A DNA stretch of 64,000 nucleotides from IMG/VR virus record IMGVR_UViG_642555139_000003; one strand, 5' to 3'. This stretch comes from a virus. The position numbers and the translations under genes were made by a program. The notes under the pieces are model-generated. The model saw only the letters and a program-made list of their open reading frames with translations, made no database searches and was not told where the DNA came from. Shown piece by piece: positions 19,867-28,853 of the stretch. Position 1 is the stretch's first letter, and each line of letters opens with the position of its first letter.

Positions 19867-21267
19867 CTACGGGGCGCCCCAGCGCACGCCGTTGAGGCGG
19901 ACCACCGAGGCCTTGCGGCGGAGGCCGAAGTCGTGGGCCATCTCCATGAGCACGCCCCACATGTTCTGCTGGAACAGGTGGACGAGGGTGCCGCCGACGT
20001 CGATCGTCGCCTCCATGGAGAAGTCGAGGCTGACATCCTCTTCCTCGCCGAAGATCACGTCGTCGGCGTTGACCAGGGCGAGGATCGACTCGTCGAGACC
20101 GGTGCCGAGGTTCGCCGGGATCTGCGTCGAGACCAGCACGCGCTTGCCCTTCCACCGCGGGTTCTCGCCCTGCAGTTCAGGGAAGGCGTATTCGCCATCG
20201 GTGCCGGCGCCGACGCGCATGTCCGCGAGATAGCGCAGGGTCCGCGGGTTCATGACCCACGCCCAACGGGACGTCTCCGGGATGAACCGGAGGGTCATGT
20301 AGAGGATCAGCTTCGACGCTGCTGCATCGAGTTCCTTCAGGGTCGGCGCCTTCGGATCGGCGAAGGTGTGCGTGACGACGCCGACGCCCGATACGTTCAG
20401 GATGCCGGTCGGGGTGTCGGCGTTCGCACCGGTACCGAGCCAGCCGTTGAGGTCGAGGGTCTGGCCGCCTGCGTTGCGCAACTCGCGCTCGATGTAGGCC
20501 TGGATGTCGATGATGGTCCACTTCTTGGCCTCCTTCGTCAGGAGGATGATCGCGGCCAGCTTCTTCGCCTTCAGACCGAGCTTGTCGAAGGTCACGTCGG
20601 TGACGGGCTTCTTCTGGCCCTCGCCGACGTACTGCGCCACGGCGCCGGTTGCACCGACCGGCTGATTGTACTGGCCGGCGGTGAGCGGCACGCGCACGGG
20701 GTTGAGCTGAAGGAACGTGGTCTCGGGACGCAGGAACGGCACGACCTCCGCCGCCAGCGGCGTCGGCAGCAGCACACCGCCCGCGGCCGGGGTCAGGGTG
20801 TTCGAGGACTTGTTCCGGCTGCCGCGCTGGATGTCGAGAGCAAACTGAGGGAAGCCCTCGTCGCTGAGCACCTGGAACGCGTTCTTCTCGCCGCCGGACA
20901 GCTTCGCCTTCACCACCGAGGCGGCGATGAGCGAGATCTTCTGGCCGGTCTCCATCTTGGTCTCGGTGCGAGCGTAAAGCTTCTCGCGCTCGCCCTCAGC
21001 GAGCTCGCCCGCGCCGGCTGCCTGATTGGCGTTGCCGTTGGTCTCGTTCGTCGGCACGGACTCCTCGCCGGCCTGAGCCTTCTCCGCCTTGAGCGCCTGC
21101 TCATAGGCCTTGAAGGTGCCGTCCATCTCCTCCGTCAGCGCGTCAAAGTCCTTCGATTCCTGGTCGGTGAAGTCCTTGTTCTCGCGCTTCTCCGCGGCCT
21201 CGATCATCCCCTTCGACTTGGCGACGAGTTCGAGGTACTTCGCTTTCAGGCGCTCGGAGCGCTTCAT
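19867..21267 (-). CDS. Major capsid protein (HK97 fold with delta domain)
   Basis: Coiled-coil N-terminus, GGVLLPTPL..EVV, AKKLAAII and FQQNMWGVLME motifs. Likely start ATG 21267. Confidence 0.93.
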   Translation of the reverse strand: MKRSERLKAKYLELVAKSKGMIEAAEKRENKDFTDQESKDFDALTEEMDGTFKAYEQALKAEKAQAGEESVPTNETNGNANQAAGAGELAEGEREKLYARTETKMETGQKISLIAASVVKAKLSGGEKNAFQVLSDEGFPQFALDIQRGSRNKSSNTLTPAAGGVLLPTPLAAEVVPFLRPETTFLQLNPVRVPLTAGQYNQPVGATGAVAQYVGEGQKKPVTDVTFDKLGLKAKKLAAIILLTKEAKKWTIIDIQAYIERELRNAGGQTLDLNGWLGTGANADTPTGILNVSGVGVVTHTFADPKAPTLKELDAAASKLILYMTLRFIPETSRWAWVMNPRTLRYLADMRVGAGTDGEYAFPELQGENPRWKGKRVLVSTQIPANLGTGLDESILALVNADDVIFGEEEDVSLDFSMEATIDVGGTLVHLFQQNMWGVLMEMAHDFGLRRKASVVRLNGVRWGAP

Positions 21268-21351
21268 CGTGAAACTCCCAAGTATCGGGGCCACGATGGC
21301 GCCCGGTCACATCCCGTCTGGGGATGCGCCGAGCGCTAGTTTTTCGAGTTT

Positions 21352-22581
21352 TCAGGGCGCAAGGCGTTCCGCGCGTTCTGCGTGCGCGGCTCGGGCTCGG
21401 CTCAGCGACCCCTCGATGTGCTTCGGCTCGGGCGTGGTCAGGCCGAGCATGCTGGCGATCTGACCGCCGATCTTCGCGAAGGTCTTTGCCCGCAGCAGGC
21501 GCGGGGTGCTCTGCACCGGCTCCGCTGACCGCTGCTCAGGCGGCTGGGCCGCCTGCTCGCCCGAAGCGCCGTCACCGACATCGCTGCCGACCCGCGTGTT
21601 CGAGCCGGTACCGCCGGGCTGCTCCACGTGGATGACGATCTGCGTGCCGGTATTCGCTGTGACGCCGGCATCGGCCGGGCCCTTCTGCAGCACGACGCGA
21701 TCGAGCTTGATGGCCGGGCCTGTCAGCTTCTCGCCGTCCCAAGCGAACGGCGCCTTCTCCTTCAACACGGCGTCGATCTGACCGAGGGCGCTCTTCTCGC
21801 GCGAGAGGCCGAAATCGAGCCCCATAATGACCGGACCGTCGGCGCCGAAGTAGCGGGCATAGATGCCCTCCAGCTCCTTCTTCGGGATCAGCATGCCGGT
21901 GCGGGGATCCTTGGCCCACTCGTCGAGCGCCCGCTCGAGGAAGTCGCGAGCCGCCGGCATCTCGTCGCGCTCGATCATGCCCTTGGCGATCGCGTCAGGC
22001 TGCGCCGGGATCGGCACCAGGGAGCACTCGTAGAGCTCGCTCGACTTGATGTCGAAGCCCCAGCTCCAGCCGACCTTCTTCCTGGTCTCGTCGTTGTGCT
22101 CGATCTCCTCCAGGTCGAGCGGCATGAAGCCGATCGAGACGGTGCGCACGAGGCCGTTCGCGACGGACCATGCGGCCTGCTCGACTTCCGGAATCGGCCC
22201 GCCGGCGGGAGCGAACTTCAGCGTGCCCTCGGTGCGCTTCGGCGCCGGCCGAGAGCGTCGTTTGACGTTCTCCCATAGGCCGACCGGAAACTGGCGCGAC
22301 GAGTGGAAGAGGAGGCCCTGCGGATTCGCCATGAAGCGCTCGGTGCTCAGGCCGTCCTGGCGCACGATGTCGCCGTGCCGGTCGACCGTCTCGCTGGACA
22401 TGATGAAGTCAGCGGATCGCTTCGCCTCGTCCCAGCTGCCCGGCGGCGAGAAGTCCTTTTCGGCGACCTCGGCGGCCGACGTGGTGGCACCTTTGAACAC
22501 GGCCTCCTTGCCGTCGGCCGTCTTGCCGATGTGGGCCTGCCGCTTCGACATGAACTCGTCGAGGGATACCTTCTTCGCCAT
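21352..22581 (-). CDS. HK97-family prohead protease with long C-terminal extension
   Basis: SSETVDRHGDIV, LLFHSS, VSIGFMP and LYECSLVPIPAQPDA motifs. Confidence 0.9.
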   Translation of the reverse strand: MAKKVSLDEFMSKRQAHIGKTADGKEAVFKGATTSAAEVAEKDFSPPGSWDEAKRSADFIMSSETVDRHGDIVRQDGLSTERFMANPQGLLFHSSRQFPVGLWENVKRRSRPAPKRTEGTLKFAPAGGPIPEVEQAAWSVANGLVRTVSIGFMPLDLEEIEHNDETRKKVGWSWGFDIKSSELYECSLVPIPAQPDAIAKGMIERDEMPAARDFLERALDEWAKDPRTGMLIPKKELEGIYARYFGADGPVIMGLDFGLSREKSALGQIDAVLKEKAPFAWDGEKLTGPAIKLDRVVLQKGPADAGVTANTGTQIVIHVEQPGGTGSNTRVGSDVGDGASGEQAAQPPEQRSAEPVQSTPRLLRAKTFAKIGGQIASMLGLTTPEPKHIEGSLSRARAAHAERAERLAP

Positions 22582-22592
22582 GGTCGAACCTC

Positions 22593-23987
22593 TCAGGTCT
22601 CGGCGGGCTCCTCCGCGGGCTCCCCTGCCGGCTCCTGGTCGGTCTCGTCTTTCGGCTTCCCACCGTCACCGGCCTGCCCCTGGTTGGTGACGATCACCTG
22701 GTTGTTCGTGTCGATGAGGAAGGTGTTGGCGGGCATCATGTAGACGTCACCGCTCTCGGCCGGGTTCTCCCCGATCATCTCCAGCGCCCTGTTCCTGGTG
22801 ATGACGCCGATCTTGTAGAGCTTCTCAGCCCGCTCGGTCCTGCTCTTGATGTCGGTGCGATAGAGCGATTCCCGGTCGAACTCGACATAGAGGCCCTGCA
22901 TGATCTCGCGCTCGGTGAGCAGCGCGAAGGTCAAGCGCTCCTCCATGATGCGGCAGCGCGGGATCAGCGACTCGTCGGCGTACAGCTCCGCCATCGAGGA
23001 CATGTTCTCGTACTTCACGTTCGCGTAGTGCTGGAGCTTGTACGGCGGGATCCGGAAGATGCGGCCGGTCTCGGTCACCGCCCGATCCCATGTCTCGTTC
23101 ATGCCGGCCTCGACAGCCGTCATCGCAATGCGCGTCCACTTCGCGCCACCTTCGGTCACGAGCGGGTCGTCGTCGTCTCGGGCGCCTCGGAGCGCCTCGC
23201 GAAACGAGGCCACCATGCGGTCGTACTGCGGCTGCGACAGCTCTTGGCCTGCAGGCAGCTCGAAGACGCCTCGGGGCATGTCGCCCCGCTTGAAGAGCCT
23301 CGCCTGAAACTCCTGCAACGCCTCCACGATGCCGAGCGTGCGCTGGGCCAGCGCCAGGGTCGATGCGCCGACGACGCCGTTCAGGCGACGGGTCGCGAAG
23401 TGCACGATCTCGTCCTCGAACAGGAGCAGATCGGCATCCGTTCCGAGCATGATGCGATCGACCGCGCCCGACACGCTGACGCGGTAGACGAACTCGCGCT
23501 CCTTCATCCAGGCGTCCTTGCGGACGCGCGCCGGCAGGATCGGCAGCAGCTCTCGCGTCGAACCGCCAACTGTGCGTGCCGGCATCCAGTAGGCGTTATT
23601 CACGAACCCGAGATGCCAGACGGTCATCTCGATCAGCTCGGGCCAGGTCATGTGCCGATTCGGCCGCAGCCAGAGCATCGCGGCGACCGGATGCTCCTCG
23701 GGCAGCATGACGGCCGAGCCTATGTGCCCGCCAGCGCTGCGCGTGCGCTTCCGCAGCCGGATCGGCGCCTTTCCGGTATCCTGCGCCAGCACGTCGAGGC
23801 AGCAGAACACCGCAGCCTGCTGCAAGGCGTCACCGGCTGATACTTCCCGAAGCAAGCTGCCGCCCATCCCGAGGAAGTCGGTCAGGCTGAACCACCCGCG
23901 GCCATTGCCGCGCCAGCCGCGATACTCCTCGGATGAGCCGACGACGTTCGATGCCGGCGAGGTGGCAGGTGCGGGACTCTCGGCCAT
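22593..23987 (-). CDS. Portal protein (HK97 family)
   Basis: AVFCCLDVLAQD, RPNRHMT and GRIFRIPPYKL motifs; synteny. Confidence 0.93.
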   Translation of the reverse strand: MAESPAPATSPASNVVGSSEEYRGWRGNGRGWFSLTDFLGMGGSLLREVSAGDALQQAAVFCCLDVLAQDTGKAPIRLRKRTRSAGGHIGSAVMLPEEHPVAAMLWLRPNRHMTWPELIEMTVWHLGFVNNAYWMPARTVGGSTRELLPILPARVRKDAWMKEREFVYRVSVSGAVDRIMLGTDADLLLFEDEIVHFATRRLNGVVGASTLALAQRTLGIVEALQEFQARLFKRGDMPRGVFELPAGQELSQPQYDRMVASFREALRGARDDDDPLVTEGGAKWTRIAMTAVEAGMNETWDRAVTETGRIFRIPPYKLQHYANVKYENMSSMAELYADESLIPRCRIMEERLTFALLTEREIMQGLYVEFDRESLYRTDIKSRTERAEKLYKIGVITRNRALEMIGENPAESGDVYMMPANTFLIDTNNQVIVTNQGQAGDGGKPKDETDQEPAGEPAEEPAET

Positions 23988-23994
23988 GGACGCC

Positions 23995-25944
23995 TCATCT
24001 CTTGGACGGCAGCCGGGCCCCGCGCTTCGCGTAGACGTTCGGCTGATCTTCCTTGCGCTGCTGATCCTTCAGGTGCAGCCGGCCGGCGTTCCCCATCATG
24101 ATCGCGTCGAAGCCGTCTATTTTGTCGTCGGACTGCTCGTCATGCTTCTTCGGAACGATGCCGCCGCCGACCCGGCGCCAGCCGACGGCGTTGCTCACGT
24201 TCCAGGCGAGGACCGGATGGCCGTTGTGCAGCAGCTGGCGGACCGGCGCGCGCGCGGAGAGGTCTTCCGTCGCGGCGGTGCAGTTCGCCTCGTTCTTCTG
24301 GAAGACGACGGCCGGGATGCCCTGCTTCAGGAAACGCCCAACCATCTGGTTGGCCTGATAGTTGTCGCAGACGACCAGCTGCACATCGAGCAGATCCTTC
24401 AGCTGCACGACGCGGTCCTCGATCGTATCGAAGTCGACGAGGCCGCCGCCGGTCGGCAGGATGAAGCCGTTGTCGACCCAACCCTTGTAGAGGTTGCCGA
24501 GCCGCGGGTGCTCGAAGTACGGCGACAGCTCCGGGATGAAGTACTCGCAGAAGACCGCGATCTTCTCCCGGCTGTATTCGATGACCACGCCCAGCGCCGC
24601 CATGTCGTTCCGCGACGCGAGGTCGAGCGCCAGCCAGGCGCGCTCGCCCTCGAACTCCTCGAGGCGCAGGTCCGGGTTGCGGCAGGCGTCCCAATCGCTG
24701 GCGGTAATGATGGCGTTTGCGGCACGGCCCCAGAGATTGAGGCGGGTGCGCAGGAACTCGGACCGCATGTGCGGCTGCCGGAGCGCCTCCTGCCAGATGT
24801 CCCAGATCTTGATGGGGTCGATCGAGACGCCCCACATCGGGTTCGCGATCATCATCAGCTGCCGGAACACCTCCTGGTCGGTGCCGGCCTTGGGCAGCAG
24901 CTCTTTCTCCTGCTGATCGCTGATCGTGTAGATGGCGGCGAAGTAGGTGTCGTTCGCGACGTGGCCGTTCAAGATTTCGAGCGCCTCGCGGCGGATGTCC
25001 CAGGCGAGGCCCGCGGCGACGCGGCCGGCAGTCGAGATCATGTACATCAGCGCCGAGGGCTTCGCGCCGAACGCCGACCGCAGCACCTCGTAGATCGCCC
25101 GGCTCTGCGCGTGCACCTCTTCCATGATGATGCAGCGCGGATTCCAGCCGTCGTTCCGCTCGCCGATGCTGTTCACCCGGGTGATGAAGCCGCCGTTGCG
25201 GCCGCAGGCGATGCGCGACGAGCTAGTCTCCAGCCGGTACCGCTCCCGCAAATGCGCAGCGCGGGTGTTGATGACGACGGTGTTCGGGTTCGGCTCGCCA
25301 CCATCCTTCTGCTGAACGCCGGCCGTGAGGGTCAGGCAGGGATCATAGACGCGATCGGCCTGCTTCTCGGTCGCCGCGCCGATCAGCACCTGAGGCGAGA
25401 GCGAGTCGCTGATGACCTCGTAGAGGGCGACGATCGCGGCGCGGCCGGACTTCGCGTTCTTGCGAGGCTCCTCGATCCAGGCGCGCGAGGTCAGGCGCTC
25501 GTGCGTGCCACGGCGGCGGAAGCCGTTGATGTGCATGAACTCCCAGATCATGTGGGGCTCAAGCACCTGGAACGGGTTGCCGGTGTACTCCCACTCGCCG
25601 CTCTCGATGTGCGGCATCAGCTCGAAGAAGGCGCAGAAGTCGCACACGTGCGCGGCCGAGAAGTAGAAGGGCTCGCGTGGATCCTCGGCACGATCCAGCA
25701 TGGTAAGGGTACGCCGGCAGGCGCGGATGATCTCGTCACCGGCCGGCTCCTCGCCACTCACAACGCGCTCGCAGTAGGCGCGGCCGATCGCGGGGAAGTC
25801 GACGAACTCGCGGGTCTCTGTCTTGCCGTCGATCAGGACATCGAGGCGCAGTGGCGCTAGGTCAGCGAAGTCGGCCCGTCGCAAATGGCGCCAGGGCCGC
25901 GCCGATGATCTCGAAGGGGTTCGGTTCGTCTGCTGCGCCGACAT
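23995..25944 (-). CDS. terL: Terminase large subunit
   Basis: Walker A PRKNAKS, Walker B IIMEEVH, nuclease LALDLASRND and DKIDG. The exact start is uncertain because it overlaps terS. Confidence 0.93.
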   Translation of the reverse strand: MSAQQTNRTPSRSSARPWRHLRRADFADLAPLRLDVLIDGKTETREFVDFPAIGRAYCERVVSGEEPAGDEIIRACRRTLTMLDRAEDPREPFYFSAAHVCDFCAFFELMPHIESGEWEYTGNPFQVLEPHMIWEFMHINGFRRRGTHERLTSRAWIEEPRKNAKSGRAAIVALYEVISDSLSPQVLIGAATEKQADRVYDPCLTLTAGVQQKDGGEPNPNTVVINTRAAHLRERYRLETSSSRIACGRNGGFITRVNSIGERNDGWNPRCIIMEEVHAQSRAIYEVLRSAFGAKPSALMYMISTAGRVAAGLAWDIRREALEILNGHVANDTYFAAIYTISDQQEKELLPKAGTDQEVFRQLMMIANPMWGVSIDPIKIWDIWQEALRQPHMRSEFLRTRLNLWGRAANAIITASDWDACRNPDLRLEEFEGERAWLALDLASRNDMAALGVVIEYSREKIAVFCEYFIPELSPYFEHPRLGNLYKGWVDNGFILPTGGGLVDFDTIEDRVVQLKDLLDVQLVVCDNYQANQMVGRFLKQGIPAVVFQKNEANCTAATEDLSARAPVRQLLHNGHPVLAWNVSNAVGWRRVGGGIVPKKHDEQSDDKIDGFDAIMMGNAGRLHLKDQQRKEDQPNVYAKRGARLPSKR

Positions 25945-26332
25945 TGCCGCCGATCGGTGTCGTGTCTTCGGCCAGCTTCAGCGTCGCCAGGAAGCGAGCG
26001 ATGTCGCGGGTGAGGTAGGCTGGAACGCGCTCGCCGCACGCCATCCGCTGGTGCTGCGATTCCCAAAGCACCGCGACCTGCTCCGCCGTCTCGCGCGTGG
26101 CGTTCGAGAGCTTGCCCTGCTCCAAGAGCCGGCCCGCCAGCTCGAAGTATTTCCGCTGACCGACGTCGCCGAGCGGGAATTCAGGATCAGGCACATCCTG
26201 GAAGCCGGGGCCGGCGAACACGTTGGCTGCGAGCCGACGATCACGCGCATCATCACCGCGCGAGGGCCTGAAGGTACCTGTCGCCCTGCGCTCATCATCT
26301 GATTTCCGGTTCCAGCCACCCTTAGGCATCAT
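25862..26332 (-). CDS. terS: Terminase small subunit (P27-like)
   Basis: RKSDDERRATGTFRPSR N-terminus; position between HNH and terL. Confidence 0.75.
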   Translation of the reverse strand: MMPKGGWNRKSDDERRATGTFRPSRGDDARDRRLAANVFAGPGFQDVPDPEFPLGDVGQRKYFELAGRLLEQGKLSNATRETAEQVAVLWESQHQRMACGERVPAYLTRDIARFLATLKLAEDTTPIGGNVGAADEPNPFEIIGAALAPFATGRLR

Positions 26333-26726
26333 CAGGGCCGATTTCGTCGCAGACGTATGCCCAACGGTCCGGCCGCGTTGCAGGTTTCTGCATCCAGATG
26401 ATGAGTAGATGCACGTTGCCCATGCCGACGGCAAGGCGTTCGAGCGGACGCTTCACCGAGAGATCGCAAGTGCGGCACAGGCCCTGCCAGATGGAGCGGT
26501 CCCACAACTCGCCGCCGTACAGCCGCGGCACGATGTGGTCGACAAGCACGGCAGGAACGTCAATCCCGCGCCGCCGGCACTCTGCGCAGAACGGATGCTT
26601 CGTGAGGTAGGCACGAGCCGCCTTGCTCCACCGGCTGTTCAGCTCGGGATCGCGCTTCTTCGGCTTTTCGACGCTGAGGCGAGGCGGAAGCGGCGCCCCG
26701 GTCCTGCCGAAGATCGGATAGCGCAT
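26322..26726 (-). CDS. Packaging-associated HNH endonuclease (HK97 gp74-like)
   Basis: HPFCAEC, VDHIVP and WQGLCRTC motifs; adjacent to terS. Confidence 0.88.
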   Translation of the reverse strand: MRYPIFGRTGAPLPPRLSVEKPKKRDPELNSRWSKAARAYLTKHPFCAECRRRGIDVPAVLVDHIVPRLYGGELWDRSIWQGLCRTCDLSVKRPLERLAVGMGNVHLLIIWMQKPATRPDRWAYVCDEIGPDDA

Positions 26727-26829
26727 GATATCTAGGCTGCCCTCACCGAGAGTGCTGATGACGTCATTGCGGCGGCTTGACGCTGTTCGTAGCGGCCCCA
26801 CCTCTTCAAAGGCACGCGCTTTGGGGGGA

Positions 26830-27114
26830 ATGATGAGGAAGGCTTTCGCACTCGTGGCATTTCCCATCATGCTAGTGCTGCAGATAAACAGGCTGCCGCA
26901 TGTCCTCATTGCGCGAGTGATAGTTTTCATCAAATCGTTGGCGGCCGGAAAGGGCTTTTGGGCGGCCGCAGGGCTCGCGTCTACGATGGGCATGAAGGTT
27001 TTCGGACTGATGCTTCTGACTGCGGTTCCTTTGATCCCGGTCGTCGCCTACCTCGGTATCAGAGGCTATTTCGAAGAGCGACGTGCTCAGCGAGCTTTGG
27101 GCGTCCGCAAATAG
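26830..27114 (+). CDS. Moron-like membrane protein with about two hydrophobic segments, antisense to the late operon
   Basis: Visibly lower GC, opposite strand to its neighbours, hydrophobic stretches with a basic C-tail. Confidence 0.6.
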   Translation: MMRKAFALVAFPIMLVLQINRLPHVLIARVIVFIKSLAAGKGFWAAAGLASTMGMKVFGLMLLTAVPLIPVVAYLGIRGYFEERRAQRALGVRK

Positions 27115-27116
27115 CT

Positions 27117-27377
27117 TCAGCCCTCGGACGAAAGCTCGGTGCCGTCGGCGTAAACGATGCGCCGGATCTCACGGCCGGACTGATCGGTGATCTTCGTGAC
27201 CTCGCCCTGCAGTCGGGCCGGCGTACAGTTGACCTCGACCTCCGCTTTCGGGGCGTCGCCGGCATTGTGTGACCAGCGCACCGCCGTGATGAGATGCGTG
27301 AGATCCCGGCCATCGCTCGACGTCACGCGGGTGTCGCGGACACCTCCGTTCGCCTCAATGACGAGGATCGTCTTCAT
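27117..27377 (-). CDS. Hypothetical protein (86 aa), first gene of the late operon
   Basis: GGAG SD upstream of ATG 27377 (MKTILVIEANGG). Confidence 0.65.
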   Translation of the reverse strand: MKTILVIEANGGVRDTRVTSSDGRDLTHLITAVRWSHNAGDAPKAEVEVNCTPARLQGEVTKITDQSGREIRRIVYADGTELSSEG

Positions 27378-27561
27378 CGCGTGATCTCCGAGCGACGGTG
27401 ATGATTGCGACGCCGCCGAGATCGACCCAGGAAGTGGGGGGCGCCTGATCGATCCCGGCGGCGGCACCCGCATCGGCGGTACCCGATCGCGGATCGACAC
27501 CTCGCAGCCTCAGCCTTGGGAGGCCGTCCCAGCTTCAGCAACGCCGTGCGCCGATGCAGAC

Positions 27562-27590
27562 AGATCGCCACACGTTCGATGAATAGTCAA
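27562..27590 (-). promoter_or_regulatory. Candidate leftward (late) promoter
   Basis: Minus strand TTGACT-N17-CGATCT, overlapping a TATTCATCG operator-like half-site. Confidence 0.35.
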
Positions 27591-27601
27591 CAACAGCGCT
27601 G

Positions 27602-27817
27602 GCGCGGTCGCAGATTTGTCGCGCACGCTGATGGCCGCATTTTTCCGACGACCTTCGCCGAAAACGACCCGCCCCGCCGGTCCTGGCCCCACTACCAAAA
27701 ACCTTAAACAGAGGGGCCAGGGGGTCTTGTGGGCATGCGGGGAGGGGCGTGTGCGCGTGCGCTCGCGTGCTGGGACCGCGCGGAGCTGGGCGCGAGCGCG
27801 GTTGCAGATTTCTCGCG
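27602..27817. repeat. Direct repeat pair (27602-23, 27796-817) flanking an 8-bp inverted repeat (27683-27720); candidate cos/packaging region
   Basis: GCGCGGTCGCAGATTTGTCGCG vs GCGCGGTTGCAGATTTCTCGCG (20/22). CTGGCCCC-N22-GGGGCCAG with an A-rich spacer. Confidence 0.55.
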
Positions 27818-27835
27818 GCGTGGCGTGATTGCCGC

Positions 27836-27864
27836 TTGCAACCTGCAACGCGTTGTGGCCTAGT
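27836..27864 (+). promoter_or_regulatory. Candidate sigma70 promoter for the accessory operon
   Basis: TTGCAA-N17-CCTAGT, ending 9 nt upstream of the first hairpin. Confidence 0.5.
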
Positions 27865-27919
27865 CGTCATCAGCGGCGCGCATCGGCGGGCCGCCCGACC
27901 AGGTGAAAGTCTCCTCCCC

Positions 27920-28153
27920 ATGATCCACCACACGAACGACACGCCGCGGGGCCGCTACCACATCGCCCGTCAGGTCCGGCGCGCTACGGGCGCCCTGGTC
28001 ACGCTGATGGCGGCGGGCGCCACGCCTGCAGACGTCGCCGCCTTCGTCCTCCGCCAGCAACCGGCCGCTTCGATCAATCTGAGCTGGCGCATCGAGGATG
28101 CCGCCCATGACGGCACGTTCGCCGCGGCCGTCTTCGACATCCTCGCCAACTGA
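27920..28153 (+). CDS. Small hypothetical early protein (77 aa)
   Basis: ATG 27920 preceded by the hairpin motif. Confidence 0.7.
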   Translation: MIHHTNDTPRGRYHIARQVRRATGALVTLMAAGATPADVAAFVLRQQPAASINLSWRIEDAAHDGTFAAAVFDILAN

Positions 28154-28221
28154 GGGGCCCCGGCCCCTCTCCCCTCCACGGGCCGCATCGGCGGCCCGCT
28201 CTCCAGACGAAAGCCCGCCCC

Positions 28222-28455
28222 ATGCTCACCATCCAACCCCGCTCCGCCTCCGCCGCCGCGCCTGCCGGTGCGCTTCCCGCAGATGGCGCCGTGATCGTCT
28301 TCGACGTCGTGCCCGTGGCGTCCTGGGCTTCCCCGGGCGTGGCGTACCGCGTGGAGCGGCAAGGCCGGGAGTTCCGGTTTCAGAACGTCCGCACCGGCTC
28401 CGCCACGTTCGACCGCGATTGGGCGGTCGCGCGCTCCAGCTGGCGGGCCGCGTGA
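28222..28455 (+). CDS. Small hypothetical early protein (77 aa)
   Basis: ORF preceded by the hairpin motif. Confidence 0.7.
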   Translation: MLTIQPRSASAAAPAGALPADGAVIVFDVVPVASWASPGVAYRVERQGREFRFQNVRTGSATFDRDWAVARSSWRAA

Positions 28456-28538
28456 TGCTCGGCGGTCTCGCCTTCCTCTTCGTCTGCGCGGCCGTCGCCG
28501 TCGCCCTCACGGCTGCAGGCGTCTTCATCGACCCGTGA
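28455..28538 (+). CDS. Very small single-TM peptide (27 aa)
   Basis: GTGATG overlap with the previous stop; hydrophobic MLGGLAFLFVCAAVAVALTAAGVFIDP. Confidence 0.45.
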   Translation: MLGGLAFLFVCAAVAVALTAAGVFIDP

Positions 28539-28632
28539 TGCGAGCAACCACGGCGCCCATGCGGTGCCGTGTCTCCCGCACCATGCGGGCCCGGCGCATC
28601 GGCGCCCGGCATCCCTGATGAAAGGTGTTCCC

Positions 28633-28776
28633 ATGTCCCGCACCGAGAACCGCGCCGCCCCCGCGTCCGCCCCGCGCCTCCCGTTCGGCAAGCGTCCCGA
28701 AGGCCGGGAGCGCCGCGACCAGCGCCGCGCCGCCCGCTCCGCCAAGGAGTCGTTTCTCCGCTCCGGGCGCGCCTGA
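28633..28776 (+). CDS. Arg-rich peptide (47 aa)
   Basis: GAAAGG SD and hairpin upstream; contains KRPEGRERRDQRRAARSAK. Confidence 0.65.
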   Translation: MSRTENRAAPASAPRLPFGKRPEGRERRDQRRAARSAKESFLRSGRA

Positions 28777-28853
28777 GCGTCCGGCCCCTTCCCTCGAAAA
28801 CCTAGCCTCACGGCGCCCGCATCGGCAGGCGCCCGCAACCCGGAGAAATCCCC

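Noticed and set aside
27378-27500. Pro-rich N-terminal extension of ORF 27117..27500 (similar over-long starts at 3551, 18925, 26993, 35303, 42644)
   Set aside because: Better SD-supported or coupled downstream starts exist; the extensions are low-complexity or overlap other genes.
28615-28621. CTGATGA resembling a hammerhead ribozyme core
   Set aside because: No stem II followed by GAAA and no cleavage-triplet geometry; it overlaps the GAAAGG SD tract.
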